From Candidatus Eremiobacteria bacterium (GTDB lineage: Bacteria; Vulcanimicrobiota; Vulcanimicrobiia; Vulcanimicrobiales; Vulcanimicrobiaceae), in the NCBI GenBank assembly GCA_963758295.1, contig CAVWUU010000001.1, positions 32,001 through 96,000 of the forward strand: a stretch of DNA of 64,000 bases, given 5' to 3'. Positions within the stretch are counted from its first letter, which is position 1. Every line of letters begins with the position of its first letter. Below are positions 28,787 through 38,648 of this stretch, one piece after another. The notes beneath the pieces were generated by a model. It made no database searches and was not told where the DNA came from. It saw nothing but the letters and a program-made list of their open reading frames with translations. The translations under genes and the position numbers were made by a program.

Positions 28787-29379
28787 TCTACGTCACCGTG
28801 CGCGACGATGCTGCGGAACGTCAAATTGATCCGCGGCATCTGGACCGTCCGCTGCTTCGGGACGGAATGCTTCCAACACTCCTGTGTCGCGCCGCGCATG
28901 ACGAGCAAGCTGCCGCTTTCGAGGACGATCTCCACCCGATCGCCGGTTTTGCGGTGGCGGAGGAGAAAGCGGCGCGGTGCGCCGAGCGATAGCGAAGCAA
29001 TGACCGGCTGCTCGCCGAGCTCCGGCTCATCGTCGGCATGCCACCCATTGGAGTCGGAGCCGTCGCGATACAGGTTCGCCAGCACGCTGTTGAACGAAAC
29101 TCGCGCCGTCCTCTCGACGCGTTTGCGAAGCGCCTGTAACTCGGGCGTCCAGGGCAGCGGTTCGTGCGCGAGGCCGGAGTAGCTGTAGGCTGCCCCCGTA
29201 TCTCCATACCACGCTTCAAGCCGCGGGGCGTTCACGATGCGCCCGAAGATCCGCAATTGCGGCTGCTGCCACGCCAGCGTCTCATGCAATGCACGGAACG
29301 CGGCTTCCGATTCGCCCTCGGAAAGAAACCGCGCGACGTAGAGTGCTTCTCCGTCGCGCGATAAGAGGCTCGAGCTAAT
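28774..29379 (-). CDS. AlkB-family 2OG-Fe(II) dioxygenase
   Basis: PRLEAWYG, FNSVLANLYRDGSDSNGWHADDE, ASLSLG, WKHSVPK and RINLTFR motifs. The start codon is unclear. Confidence 0.88.
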   Translation of the reverse strand: MSSSLLSRDGEALYVARFLSEGESEAAFRALHETLAWQQPQLRIFGRIVNAPRLEAWYGDTGAAYSYSGLAHEPLPWTPELQALRKRVERTARVSFNSVLANLYRDGSDSNGWHADDEPELGEQPVIASLSLGAPRRFLLRHRKTGDRVEIVLESGSLLVMRGATQECWKHSVPKQRTVQMPRINLTFRSIVAHGDVDWLA

Positions 29380-29842
29380 GTGCGGTCGCCGGTTTCGGCT
29401 GCCCGCCGCCCTTCTTGCGGCGTTTTCGCGGTCTCGCGGGCGGCGCGCCGGAGGCAATCGTCGATTCGCCGGCATCATCGGGCTCTTCGTCCGCGAATTC
29501 AGCCGCGGCCTCAACCGCGACCGGTTCAGCCGGCGCTTCCGCCTTTGGATCCTGGGGCTTGGCTTCGCCGCTACCGCCGCCGCCGCTCGGACGATTGACG
29601 GCGCGAATCGGAATGTTCGCCAGCATCGCGAGCGCCTTGTCCTCGCGCTCGAAGTTCACTTCGACCTTCTCTTGGTCGACCTCGACGTAGCGCGAAATCA
29701 CTTCGACGAGATCGCGCTTCATCTGGTCGATCAACTCCGGCGCTAGCGCCAGATGATCGGTCATCAGCACGAGCCGCAGACGTTCTTTTGCGGTCGCTCC
29801 GGAATTCGATTGCCCGAAAAGCTTTCTAACCCAGTCGATCAT
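29375..29842 (-). CDS. minE: Cell division topological specificity factor MinE with C-terminal extension
   Basis: AKERLRLVL..D, VISRYVE and LANIPI motifs. Confidence 0.92.
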   Translation of the reverse strand: MIDWVRKLFGQSNSGATAKERLRLVLMTDHLALAPELIDQMKRDLVEVISRYVEVDQEKVEVNFEREDKALAMLANIPIRAVNRPSGGGGSGEAKPQDPKAEAPAEPVAVEAAAEFADEEPDDAGESTIASGAPPARPRKRRKKGGGQPKPATAH

Positions 29843-30684
29843 GAGCGGCGTCCTCCAAAGAGCGCGCTCAACTTGCCGAAGAACGACTGCTTGATCTCGA
29901 CCGTTGGAGCGGGAACGTCTTCACCCGCAACGCGCGCGGCAATTGCATGATACGCAGCGCCGGTTGCGTGCTCTTGATGCAATGCGAGCGGCTCGCCTTT
30001 GTTCGTCGTGACGATAATCTCGGGTTCGTCGGCGATGACGCCCAACAAGGGCAGTCGCAGAATCGCGTTCACGTCCTCAACGGAGAGCATCTTGCCCTTT
30101 TTGACGAGTTCCGGACGCAGGCGGTTGATGATGAGCTGCGGTTTGAACTTGTTACCTAGTAATCCAACGACGCGATCGACGTCGCGAACCGCTGAAACTT
30201 CCGGCGTGCAGACCACGATTGCTTCGTCGGCGCCCGCGACGGCGTTCTTAAAGCCCAATTCGATGCCGGCCGGGCAGTCGATGAGCACGTAGTCGAAACG
30301 CTCCCGCAGCCGCGCAACGAGCGCGCGCATCTTGTCGGTATCGACTTCTTCCTTTTCGCGCGTTTGAGCGGCTGCCAAGAGCATCAGTTTGCCGGTGTGC
30401 TTGTCGGGAACGAGCGCTTCGTCCAGCGTCGCCTTCTCTTCGAGCACGTCGAGAACATGATATTTCACACGGCTTTCGAGCCCGAGCACGATGTCGAGAT
30501 TGCGCAAGCCGACGTCGGCGTCGATCAACGCGACCGTCGCTCCGCGCTTTGCCAATGCGGTACCGAGGTTTGCCGTCGTCGTGGTTTTCCCGACGCCGCC
30601 TTTCCCCGACGTAACTACGATTGCGCGCCCCAGTTTCACCGGTTCGGCAGCCGGAGCATCGGCTTGAATGGGTTGATGCATCAT
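29839..30684 (-). CDS. minD: Septum site-determining protein MinD (copy 2)
   Basis: TSGKGGVGKTT, DADVGLRNLD, DCPAGIE, PEVSAVRD and a C-terminal amphipathic SFFGKLSALF. TAATG coupling. Confidence 0.92.
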   Translation of the reverse strand: MMHQPIQADAPAAEPVKLGRAIVVTSGKGGVGKTTTTANLGTALAKRGATVALIDADVGLRNLDIVLGLESRVKYHVLDVLEEKATLDEALVPDKHTGKLMLLAAAQTREKEEVDTDKMRALVARLRERFDYVLIDCPAGIELGFKNAVAGADEAIVVCTPEVSAVRDVDRVVGLLGNKFKPQLIINRLRPELVKKGKMLSVEDVNAILRLPLLGVIADEPEIIVTTNKGEPLALHQEHATGAAYHAIAARVAGEDVPAPTVEIKQSFFGKLSALFGGRRS

Positions 30685-31475
30685 TACCCCGCTTTCAGAG
30701 CGCCGAAGAGACGCCCGAAGAAGCCTTGTGAATCGAAGTTGGTAAACGGCACCAGCTCGCCGTCTAGGCGACGCGCGATTTTTTCGTAAATTGCCGCAAG
30801 CTTTGCCGTTTCGTCGAGCACGATGGGCTCGCCGCGATTGGTCGTATCGATGACTTCTTCGTCGTCCGGAACGATGCCCAGTAATTCGACGGAGAGAATT
30901 TCGCAAACGTCTTCAACGGATAGCATGTCGCCGGTGCGCACCATTTCAGGGCGCAGGCGGTTCACGATCAGACGAATAGGAATGTGCTTGTCGTTCAGCT
31001 TCCCAACGACCCGGTCGGCGTCACGAATCGCGCTTACTTCGGGCGTCGTTACGATGATCGCTTCTTTCGCGCCCGCAATCGCGTTACGAAATCCGGCTTC
31101 AATACCCGCCGGGCAATCGATCAGCACGAAGTCGGCGATCTCCGCTGCTTGGTCTACGATTGAAGCGAACTGCGCTTCCGTGATCGCGTCTTTGTCGCGC
31201 GTTTGCGCGGCCGGCAGAATCGAGAGCGATTCGAAGCGCTTGTCTTTGATCAGCGCTTGCCGCAACTGGCAGCGTCCCTCGGCAACTTCCACCACGTCGA
31301 ACACGATTCGCTTTTCGAGCCCGAGCACCAGATCGAGATTGCGCAGCCCGATATCCGCGTCCATTAGAATGACGCGTTTACCGCGCTTCGCGAGCGCGGC
31401 GCCCAAGTTAGCGGTCGTCGTGGTCTTCCCGACGCCGCCCTTTCCCGAGGTAAGAACGATTCTACGAGCGCTCAT
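30684..31475 (-). CDS. minD: Septum site-determining protein MinD (copy 1)
   Basis: TSGKGGVGKTT, DADIGLRNLD, PEVSAIRDADR and a C-terminal GFFGRLFG. Confidence 0.93.
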   Translation of the reverse strand: MSARRIVLTSGKGGVGKTTTTANLGAALAKRGKRVILMDADIGLRNLDLVLGLEKRIVFDVVEVAEGRCQLRQALIKDKRFESLSILPAAQTRDKDAITEAQFASIVDQAAEIADFVLIDCPAGIEAGFRNAIAGAKEAIIVTTPEVSAIRDADRVVGKLNDKHIPIRLIVNRLRPEMVRTGDMLSVEDVCEILSVELLGIVPDDEEVIDTTNRGEPIVLDETAKLAAIYEKIARRLDGELVPFTNFDSQGFFGRLFGALKAG

Positions 31476-31476
31476 A

Positions 31477-32337
31477 TCAGCGAGCACCTTTCCTTGAGTC
31501 GTTTGCTTTATCGTGTGGCACGATCGTGATTCTGCCATCGCTCACGAATGCCACCTCCGGTTCAGCCGGAGCTTTGCGCGAGCCTTCATTGGCCGCGATG
31601 CAGGTAGCGATTCTTAACTGCGTAGCGTCGAGATGTACGGCGTAAACGCGAGCGTTCGCATCGCCTTGCGCGCCGGCGTGAGCAACGCCGAGCAAGCGCC
31701 CGAATACGACGACGTCGCCGGTCGCAACGAGTTCCGTGCCGGGATTCACGTCGCCCACGACAACGATGTTTCCGTCGTGATGCAGCGCCTGTCCGCCGCG
31801 CAGCGTTCCGACGTGATACAGCGTTCCGGGCGACGCCACCGGCGGGAGCGCGGGTTGCGCACTTTCGGCGTCCGCTTGAGACTGAGCCGCCGACCCTACT
31901 GAACGGCGCACGCTCGTTTCGCCCCGCTTGCGACGTTCCGCGATGTCCGCCCGCGCGCCGGCGAAGTCGGCAACGAGGGAACGGGCTGCGTCTGAAAGCT
32001 TGAGATCTCGCTTCGTGCGCATAGCGCGGCGCCGGGCGAGTTCTTCGCCGCCCGCAACCCGTTCGACAAAGTCGAGCCCCTGGTCGGTTGCCACCACACG
32101 AACGGCTTCGTCGCCCGAAATTGCGCTTAGTTCGATGCCGCCCGACGCGAGCACCGACCGGAGGGCCGCCACTTGAACGCCGCTCGGCGCGTCTCCGAAG
32201 GTGGCTGTGGCGCGTGTCCCGTGATAGAAGCCGGGGCGCTCGGCAATACGAGCTTCCAACTCGGCTAAAGCCGCGTCGAAATCCCGCCCAGCTAACATGA
32301 CCTCGAGGCCGATGCCTCGTCCACGCAACAGCGTCAT
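31477..32337 (-). CDS. minC: Septum site-determining protein MinC
   Basis: TLRGGQ, GDVNPG.E..A.G and G.L.GVAHAG MinC C-terminal motifs. Confidence 0.9.
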   Translation of the reverse strand: MTLLRGRGIGLEVMLAGRDFDAALAELEARIAERPGFYHGTRATATFGDAPSGVQVAALRSVLASGGIELSAISGDEAVRVVATDQGLDFVERVAGGEELARRRAMRTKRDLKLSDAARSLVADFAGARADIAERRKRGETSVRRSVGSAAQSQADAESAQPALPPVASPGTLYHVGTLRGGQALHHDGNIVVVGDVNPGTELVATGDVVVFGRLLGVAHAGAQGDANARVYAVHLDATQLRIATCIAANEGSRKAPAEPEVAFVSDGRITIVPHDKANDSRKGAR

Positions 32338-32551
32338 CCGCCACGGGCTTCAGAAACCGCCCGCTTTATCCCCTCGGGCATCCACAGAGATTCGCAAGTT
32401 CTTGAGATTATCCACACGGCATACACAGGGCCGTAACGCCCGGGCCGTTTGACGCGTTCCTATCTAGCGAAGGGATCGTCTCTCACGATACCCTCAGGAT
32501 TGTATACGGTAGAATAAGAGCATCATCGTGCACGTAAAGTTGGGTAGGCCT

Positions 32552-34573
32552 ATGTTTCGCCGCATCGTTCCCATCGCAGCGATCGTCTCGCTGCTCAGCG
32601 CAAGCGTTCCGCTTCCAACGCAAGCGCTTTCGACGCAGACCGAGATTCAGCTCGGCCGCCAGAACGACGAGCAAATCGTTTCGAGCAGCGTCATCGAGAA
32701 CGATCCGCTCCTGAACGCCTACGTCCAGTCGATTTCCGACAAAATTTGGAAGCAAGTCGCGCGTAAAGACGTTCCGTACAACATCAAGATCATCAAGGAC
32801 AATCAAGTCAACGCGTTCTCGACGCTTGGCGGTTACGTGTACGTGTACGAAGGCCTAATCGACTTCGTGCAATCCGACGATGAACTTGCGGGCGTAATCG
32901 GCCACGAAACGGGCCACATCGAACGCCGCCATACGGTGACGATGCAATCGAAGGCGCAGGCGATGAACATCCTCTTCGGCATTGCCTCGATCATGTCGCC
33001 CTTGATTTACAACTTCGGCAACTTGCTTGAAGCGGGCGCCATGGCGAAGATGCAGCGCGCCGACGAAATTCAAGCCGATCGCACGGGCCTACAGTTGATG
33101 TCGCGCGCCGGCTTCGATCCCGACAGCATGGAAACGATGACCGCGCATTTGGGCGTGCTCGAATCCGAGCATAGCGATTTGCTCACGAAATATCTTCAGG
33201 ACCACCCCGGGCCGAAAGCTCGCGTTTCGCACCTCGTGGGCTATCCCGAATTGGATCCGAAAGTCGTCACGGAACAAGAACGCGTCGTTCAAGCGGCAAG
33301 CGACGAAGAACGCGCCCGGTACAGCTTTGCGGACAGCAAGCTGACCGATATCCTCAAGGCCGACCCGGATAACGCGGAAGCACTTCTGCAACTTGGACAA
33401 GCGCAAATGGCGCTTGGCTTTACCAGCAAAAGCCAGCAGACGTTAGCGGAAGCGGCGCAAAAGGGCTCGCCGGAAACGCGCGCGGTTGCGAACCAACGCA
33501 TTGCGGCGTTGCGTCAAATGCAAGCGCAGCGTATCACCCTGGTGAAACCGAACCGGAACCGCCTGCGCGATTTGCTCGCAAACGCGCAATCGGCGCAGAA
33601 CGCGGCTTCGCAGCAGATCGTGGCCCGGCACGACGAAGGGCGCGACCAGCTCAAACAGATCAACGCGCGACTCGATGCGTTGCAATACGAGGTTCCGAAC
33701 TTCTACAACGTGAACGTTCAACGCGGCTCGCGGCTCGAGTCGGTCTTCAAAAACTTGAACTCGATGGCGCGCTCGATCAACAGCGCGATGGGCGATGCCG
33801 GCGATACGATCGGCGGCGTCGGGTCGCTCGAAAAGAACAAAGAATCGGGCTTATTGCGCGAGAGCCGTGACATTTTGAACGAGATGCAGGCACCGCTGGA
33901 CCTGCCCACGATTCCGGCCGACTCGCTCGCGATTCTGCCTTCGTATCCGTCGATGTTCGCCCAACTGCAAGAAGCCGACAGCGATATGGTTCGCAGCGTC
34001 GACGGCGCGCGCGCATCGATGACGACGCTCGATCAGTCGCTCGGCGATTTGGACGCGTTTTTCAAACAGCTCAACCGGGCGCCGCTGAACTTTCAGCACA
34101 ACGACATCACGGAAGACGCGTACAACGACCTCCTGCCGGTGATGCAAAAGGCCACCAACGGCTTCAACGAAGCCGCAACGGAAGCGTCGCAATCGGCGCA
34201 GCTCTTTAATATGGCGCGGACGCGGCAAATCTCGGCTCGAATCACAATGCTCGGGTTAGGAACATCGCCGCAGCGCTACGCGACGCTTCAATACGCCCTC
34301 AATCACCGGTACGGCGTCGAAGGCATCGATTACGAGACCATGCTTCGCGACAACCTGACGCCCGGCGACGTAACGGTCGCGGCGATCTTGGCGGCGGACA
34401 TCAAGAGTACGCCCAGCCTGATCGTGCAAGAGATGGTGAAGTCGAAGAAATCGGCAGTCGACGTCGCCGACGAACATGGCATGCACGCATGGCCGTTGGA
34501 GATTCTCACCGGCCTGATCTACCTCGACTACACGGACGACCCGCATAAGGAGATGGCTCCGAGCGCAACTTAA
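32552..34573 (+). CDS. M48 family zinc metalloprotease with TPR and helical extension
   Basis: VNAFS, DELAGVIGHETGH, E..AD and HP motifs plus a signal peptide. Confidence 0.85.
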   Translation: MFRRIVPIAAIVSLLSASVPLPTQALSTQTEIQLGRQNDEQIVSSSVIENDPLLNAYVQSISDKIWKQVARKDVPYNIKIIKDNQVNAFSTLGGYVYVYEGLIDFVQSDDELAGVIGHETGHIERRHTVTMQSKAQAMNILFGIASIMSPLIYNFGNLLEAGAMAKMQRADEIQADRTGLQLMSRAGFDPDSMETMTAHLGVLESEHSDLLTKYLQDHPGPKARVSHLVGYPELDPKVVTEQERVVQAASDEERARYSFADSKLTDILKADPDNAEALLQLGQAQMALGFTSKSQQTLAEAAQKGSPETRAVANQRIAALRQMQAQRITLVKPNRNRLRDLLANAQSAQNAASQQIVARHDEGRDQLKQINARLDALQYEVPNFYNVNVQRGSRLESVFKNLNSMARSINSAMGDAGDTIGGVGSLEKNKESGLLRESRDILNEMQAPLDLPTIPADSLAILPSYPSMFAQLQEADSDMVRSVDGARASMTTLDQSLGDLDAFFKQLNRAPLNFQHNDITEDAYNDLLPVMQKATNGFNEAATEASQSAQLFNMARTRQISARITMLGLGTSPQRYATLQYALNHRYGVEGIDYETMLRDNLTPGDVTVAAILAADIKSTPSLIVQEMVKSKKSAVDVADEHGMHAWPLEILTGLIYLDYTDDPHKEMAPSAT

Positions 34574-34598
34574 CTCCGGCTGCGGGGTATAGGAAGGC

Positions 34599-35591
34599 AT
34601 GTCAACCGCGATCGGAGCCCGCGACCTCTTCCGCTTGGTGCGAAACGGCATCGACGTCAAAGCCGTGCACGCGCATGTACGCAAGCCGTTTCGTTTCCTG
34701 TTAAGCGGCGATCCGGCGTTGATTGCGGAGTTTCGCGCGCTGCTGCTCTCCGGACACGACGACGGCACGACCCCGTTAGACGCCGCAGCTTGCTTGGAAA
34801 CCGTTCCGGCCAGTGGGCCGCTTTTAACGGAGCCTTCCGAAGTTCGCGTCGTTATTTTTCTGGGCCGGCCGGGCGATCTTAACGGCGCGGACTTTCGCGC
34901 ATTCGCGACGCTCAAGGTTCCGGTTCTCGCCGTCACCGTCGACGCCGAGGCGCCGCAATCCGGACCGGCGGCGTTGCCCGCGCCCGGAACGCACGGTGAG
35001 TACGTCGTGCCGGGCATTGCGAAGGAAACACTGCGCGGGCGCGTTTTCCCACACATCGTCGAGGCCTCGAAAGGCGTAGAAATTGCGGTCGGCCGCCGGC
35101 TGCCGCCGTTGCGCGAGAGCGTTGCCGCGAAGCTCACGCGAGACGCCGCAAACAACGCGCTGAAGGTCGCGCTTGCCAGCGCCGTCGTCGATCATATTCC
35201 GGTCGTCGGCATCGTTCTCGGAGCGTTCGCCTCGGCCGGCGACATGGTCGCAATCACCGGAATCCAGATGATGCTGCTGCTGCACATTCAAGCGGCGTAC
35301 GGCAAAGATCCCGACGTCCAGCGCATGTGGCAGCTATTACCGGTCATAGGCGGCGGCTTCGGATGGCGTACGCTCGCCCGAGAACTGGTGGGCTTCGTTC
35401 CGGTAGCGGGGATCGCGATAAAGGGTGCAATCGCCTACGCCGGCACGATCGTCGTCGGCGAAGGCGTGACGTTCTTCTTAGAACACGGCCGCCACATGAG
35501 TAAGGGCCAGGCCTCGCAAATTTACGACCGCACGAAAGAAGACGCGATGCGTTTTGCGCGCGAGTTCGTTACGAAGTTCAAAAGTAGCTAG
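34599..35591 (+). CDS. DUF697 (YcjF-like) domain protein
   Basis: C-terminal IP..G....D...IT.IQ.MLL.I..AYG and RELVGFVPVAG..IKGAIAYAGT. Confidence 0.7.
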   Translation: MSTAIGARDLFRLVRNGIDVKAVHAHVRKPFRFLLSGDPALIAEFRALLLSGHDDGTTPLDAAACLETVPASGPLLTEPSEVRVVIFLGRPGDLNGADFRAFATLKVPVLAVTVDAEAPQSGPAALPAPGTHGEYVVPGIAKETLRGRVFPHIVEASKGVEIAVGRRLPPLRESVAAKLTRDAANNALKVALASAVVDHIPVVGIVLGAFASAGDMVAITGIQMMLLLHIQAAYGKDPDVQRMWQLLPVIGGGFGWRTLARELVGFVPVAGIAIKGAIAYAGTIVVGEGVTFFLEHGRHMSKGQASQIYDRTKEDAMRFAREFVTKFKSS

Positions 35592-36337
35592 AGCCGTTCC
35601 AAGAGCGATTCGTCGTCGAGCCGCTGCAAGTCGGCCGGCAGCCGCTCGCGCACACGCCGGGCAATTTGCGACGCCAGCGCCGCACGGCGGTTCGCGTCCA
35701 AAACGTCTCGGCGATCGAGGAAACGCTTCACGAGTGCGCGTTCTTCACCGCTCAAATACGCCGTAGCGGAGTACTGCGGCTCGCTCACGATAGTTCGAAG
35801 GAACTCTTCGGGCCGTTGCATTCGTGCATCGCGCACGACGATGGTGCCCGCCGCAACGTCGCCGACGCGTTTGTTTTCAGGCGAGAGAATGGCAACGAGC
35901 GCGGAGATCGCATAGAACCCCAAGGCCAGCTCGCCGACACGAATCAAATTGCGCACCAGCGACGCCGTAAAGTCGATAGGATACCCGCCGTCACGAACGA
36001 CGCGCAATCCGAGCGCGCGTTTTCCCGGCGTCTGACCGTTCCACAGCGCCTCGAAGACGATGAAATACCCGAAAAACACTACGAACACGATGGTGACGAC
36101 GATCGCGATAACGAGATTTCTCACCAGCCTCGTTTCAGCCGCTGCGCTCTTCACTAGATGATCGTGCCCCGCCGACTGATGCGTGCCGATGAGATAAAAC
36201 CCCCAGAAAAGTAAGACAACGATGCCGGCTTGAATGGCGAGGTCGATGGCTACGGCCAAGAACCGGCTCCCGATCCCCGCAAGCTCGAAAGAGAAGGCGA
36301 TGCTTTCCGGGGTGCGGACGTCGAGGGTTCGATCCAT
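35588..36337 (-). CDS. RDD family protein
   Basis: TPE.I...LAGIGSRFLA..ID, GQTPGK..LGLRVV and KRVGDVAAGTIVV motifs. Confidence 0.9.
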   Translation of the reverse strand: MDRTLDVRTPESIAFSFELAGIGSRFLAVAIDLAIQAGIVVLLFWGFYLIGTHQSAGHDHLVKSAAAETRLVRNLVIAIVVTIVFVVFFGYFIVFEALWNGQTPGKRALGLRVVRDGGYPIDFTASLVRNLIRVGELALGFYAISALVAILSPENKRVGDVAAGTIVVRDARMQRPEEFLRTIVSEPQYSATAYLSGEERALVKRFLDRRDVLDANRRAALASQIARRVRERLPADLQRLDDESLLERL

Positions 36338-36358
36338 GCGCGAGAGTACTTGGAACGC

Positions 36359-37339
36359 GTGACGCAAGCCACCTTCGTGAGAGTTCGCGGCGCGACGTGG
36401 GAGCAATTGGAAACGCTCCTGCGCCGGGCAAGGCGCGGTCTTAACCGGCTCTCACCCGAGGAAGTGGAGTCTTTCGGTCGTTTGTACCGCGCCATAACGA
36501 GCGACCTCGCCTACGCGCGGGGACGAAACTATGATTCGCGCCTGCTCGCGTACCTGAATCGATTGACCGCGCGCGCGCATGCCTATGTGTATGCGGGGGA
36601 CACCGTGACCGGGGCGGCACGTATCGTCCGGTTCTATACGCAAACGTTTCCGCGCGAATTCCGGCGGTCTTTTCTTCCGGTTGCGCTCTGCACGTTGCTC
36701 ACGGTGGCGTGCGCGGTCGTAGGATACGTCGTCATAAGCGTCCATCCGCAAGATGCGTACGCACTTTTGCCGGATCAGATCGTCCCGCCGCACATCCGCA
36801 AGAGCTTGCACGACTCGAACTTTGCGTTTGACCCGCTGCAGTCGCCGCTGATGTCTTCGGAAATTATTACCAACAACATCAAGGTTGCCGTGTTCGCATT
36901 CGCCGGTTGCGTTACGCTCGGCATCGGGACGCTGTGGATTCTCATATCGAACGGCGTGATGCTCGGCGGTGAAGGAGCGCTGTTCGCCAACGCCGGCTTT
37001 GGAAGCGACTTCTGGGCGACGGTCGCGCCGCACGGCGTGATCGAGTTGACCGCCATTCAGATCGCCGGTGCGGCGGGACTGCTTATTGCCGCCGGAATCG
37101 TTGCTCCCGGGCGCCTGCGACGTTCCGATGCCATCAAGGCTTACGCGCAGCGCGCCGGCACCCTCATCGCCGGCGTTGCTTCAATGCTCGTCGTGGCCGG
37201 AACCATCGAAGGGTTCTTTTCACCGCTGCGCCTGCCGCCCGCGCCGCGAATTGCCTTCGGCGCCGTTACCGCGGTTCTGCTGATTCTGTACTTCACGCTC
37301 GCCGGACGCGAACGAATTACAATAGACCGCGCTGCTTGA
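36359..37339 (+). CDS. Stage II sporulation protein M (DUF95) family membrane protein
   Basis: LYRA.TSDLAYAR, IITNNIKV, NG.MLG, PHGVIEL and IEGFFSP motifs. Confidence 0.88.
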   Translation: MTQATFVRVRGATWEQLETLLRRARRGLNRLSPEEVESFGRLYRAITSDLAYARGRNYDSRLLAYLNRLTARAHAYVYAGDTVTGAARIVRFYTQTFPREFRRSFLPVALCTLLTVACAVVGYVVISVHPQDAYALLPDQIVPPHIRKSLHDSNFAFDPLQSPLMSSEIITNNIKVAVFAFAGCVTLGIGTLWILISNGVMLGGEGALFANAGFGSDFWATVAPHGVIELTAIQIAGAAGLLIAAGIVAPGRLRRSDAIKAYAQRAGTLIAGVASMLVVAGTIEGFFSPLRLPPAPRIAFGAVTAVLLILYFTLAGRERITIDRAA

Positions 37340-38648
37340 TTCGCAGATACTCGTCGATCGTTGCGACGGCGAGTTGCGAGGCCGGGACGTCCAACACCGT
37401 GATGCCGGTCCGCGTCAACACTGACGAAGCCTGCGCGCGTTCTTGCGCGAGTCCGATCGCCACGTCCAGTTCATAAGCTTGCTCGATGCGTTCGGGAGTC
37501 GAGGACAGCGCCCGTGCAACGGCACGATCGTTCATGAATACACAAAGCACAACGTGGCGCTTTGCAAGCGAAGCGAGTTCGGCCAGGACGGTGCTTTGCG
37601 CGACGGGATCGATCACGTCGGTGAAAAGCACGATCAAGCTGCGGCGGTGCAGGTGCGAGCGAAGGTACGATGCGGCGCGGGCGTAGTCCGATTCCTCGAA
37701 CCGCGGTTCAAGATCGCAAACCGCATTGGTAAGCGCGTTGATCGAGGCGGCGGTGGAGCGGGGAGCGCGTGCCACCAGCATATCTGCTGCAAACGCCGTA
37801 ATTCCGACGCGGTCGTGCGCAAGCGAGGCGATCGATGCAAGTGAAAGCGCCGCCGTTACTGCATAATCCAGCTTGCGGCGATCTCCTAAGCGGGCCGTCA
37901 TCAGCCGTCCGCAATCGATGGCGAGCATCAAATCTTGGCTGCGCTCGATTTCGTGTTGCGCAACCATCAGTTTCCCGCGTCGAGCCGTAGCTTTCCAATC
38001 GACGGCGCGAAACGCATCGCCGGCTGCGAATTCTCGCAAGCTTTCGAATTCCGTTCCGCCGCCGCGCAGGCGTAAACGCCGCAATCCGGCTTCCAGCAGA
38101 CGGTTGCGCACGTGCAGGGCGCCGTATCGTTCCACGGCTGAAAGATCTGGATAGACGCGAAACTCTTGCGCCGACGAAATCCTCACGCGCCGGCGAATCA
38201 ACCCCAAGGCATTGTCGTACCAAAGGATGAGCGCCGTAAACGCGCCTGTGCCTCGCGCCACGGGCGTCGCCGCCGTTTCGATGCGAGCGACGGTCCGAGG
38301 CGGAACGCGGAGAAACGGCGTACGTTCGGCAGGTTGTAAGGTTCGCGTGGGTAGTTCGACGACGGCGCAACGCAGGGCAACCGCCGATGCATTCTCCAGC
38401 TCATAAGCGATCGTTGCGGGAATCGCTAAGGCGAAGTGCGGCGGAACGACTCGTTTCACGGTGACGGTGTTGCGGCGCGGGCCAAGAAACGCATCGAGCA
38501 CGGTTGCCGTTGCGAGCGCGGATGCCGCGACGCCGGCGACCCAGACAAAAGCGGGCACGCCGGGTGAACAGGCCAGGAGAAACGCTATCGTGCCGAGCGC
38601 CCAGTAAAAGCGCGGCGCGAACCAAAGCCGCGGAATGAATTTAGTCAC
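37317..38648 (-). CDS. DUF58 / vWA domain protein
   Basis: GTEFESLREF..GD..R.VDWKATAR, DCGRLM and VLFTD motifs. Confidence 0.88.
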   Translation of the reverse strand: MTKFIPRLWFAPRFYWALGTIAFLLACSPGVPAFVWVAGVAASALATATVLDAFLGPRRNTVTVKRVVPPHFALAIPATIAYELENASAVALRCAVVELPTRTLQPAERTPFLRVPPRTVARIETAATPVARGTGAFTALILWYDNALGLIRRRVRISSAQEFRVYPDLSAVERYGALHVRNRLLEAGLRRLRLRGGGTEFESLREFAAGDAFRAVDWKATARRGKLMVAQHEIERSQDLMLAIDCGRLMTARLGDRRKLDYAVTAALSLASIASLAHDRVGITAFAADMLVARAPRSTAASINALTNAVCDLEPRFEESDYARAASYLRSHLHRRSLIVLFTDVIDPVAQSTVLAELASLAKRHVVLCVFMNDRAVARALSSTPERIEQAYELDVAIGLAQERAQASSVLTRTGITVLDVPASQLAVATIDEYLRIKQRGLL

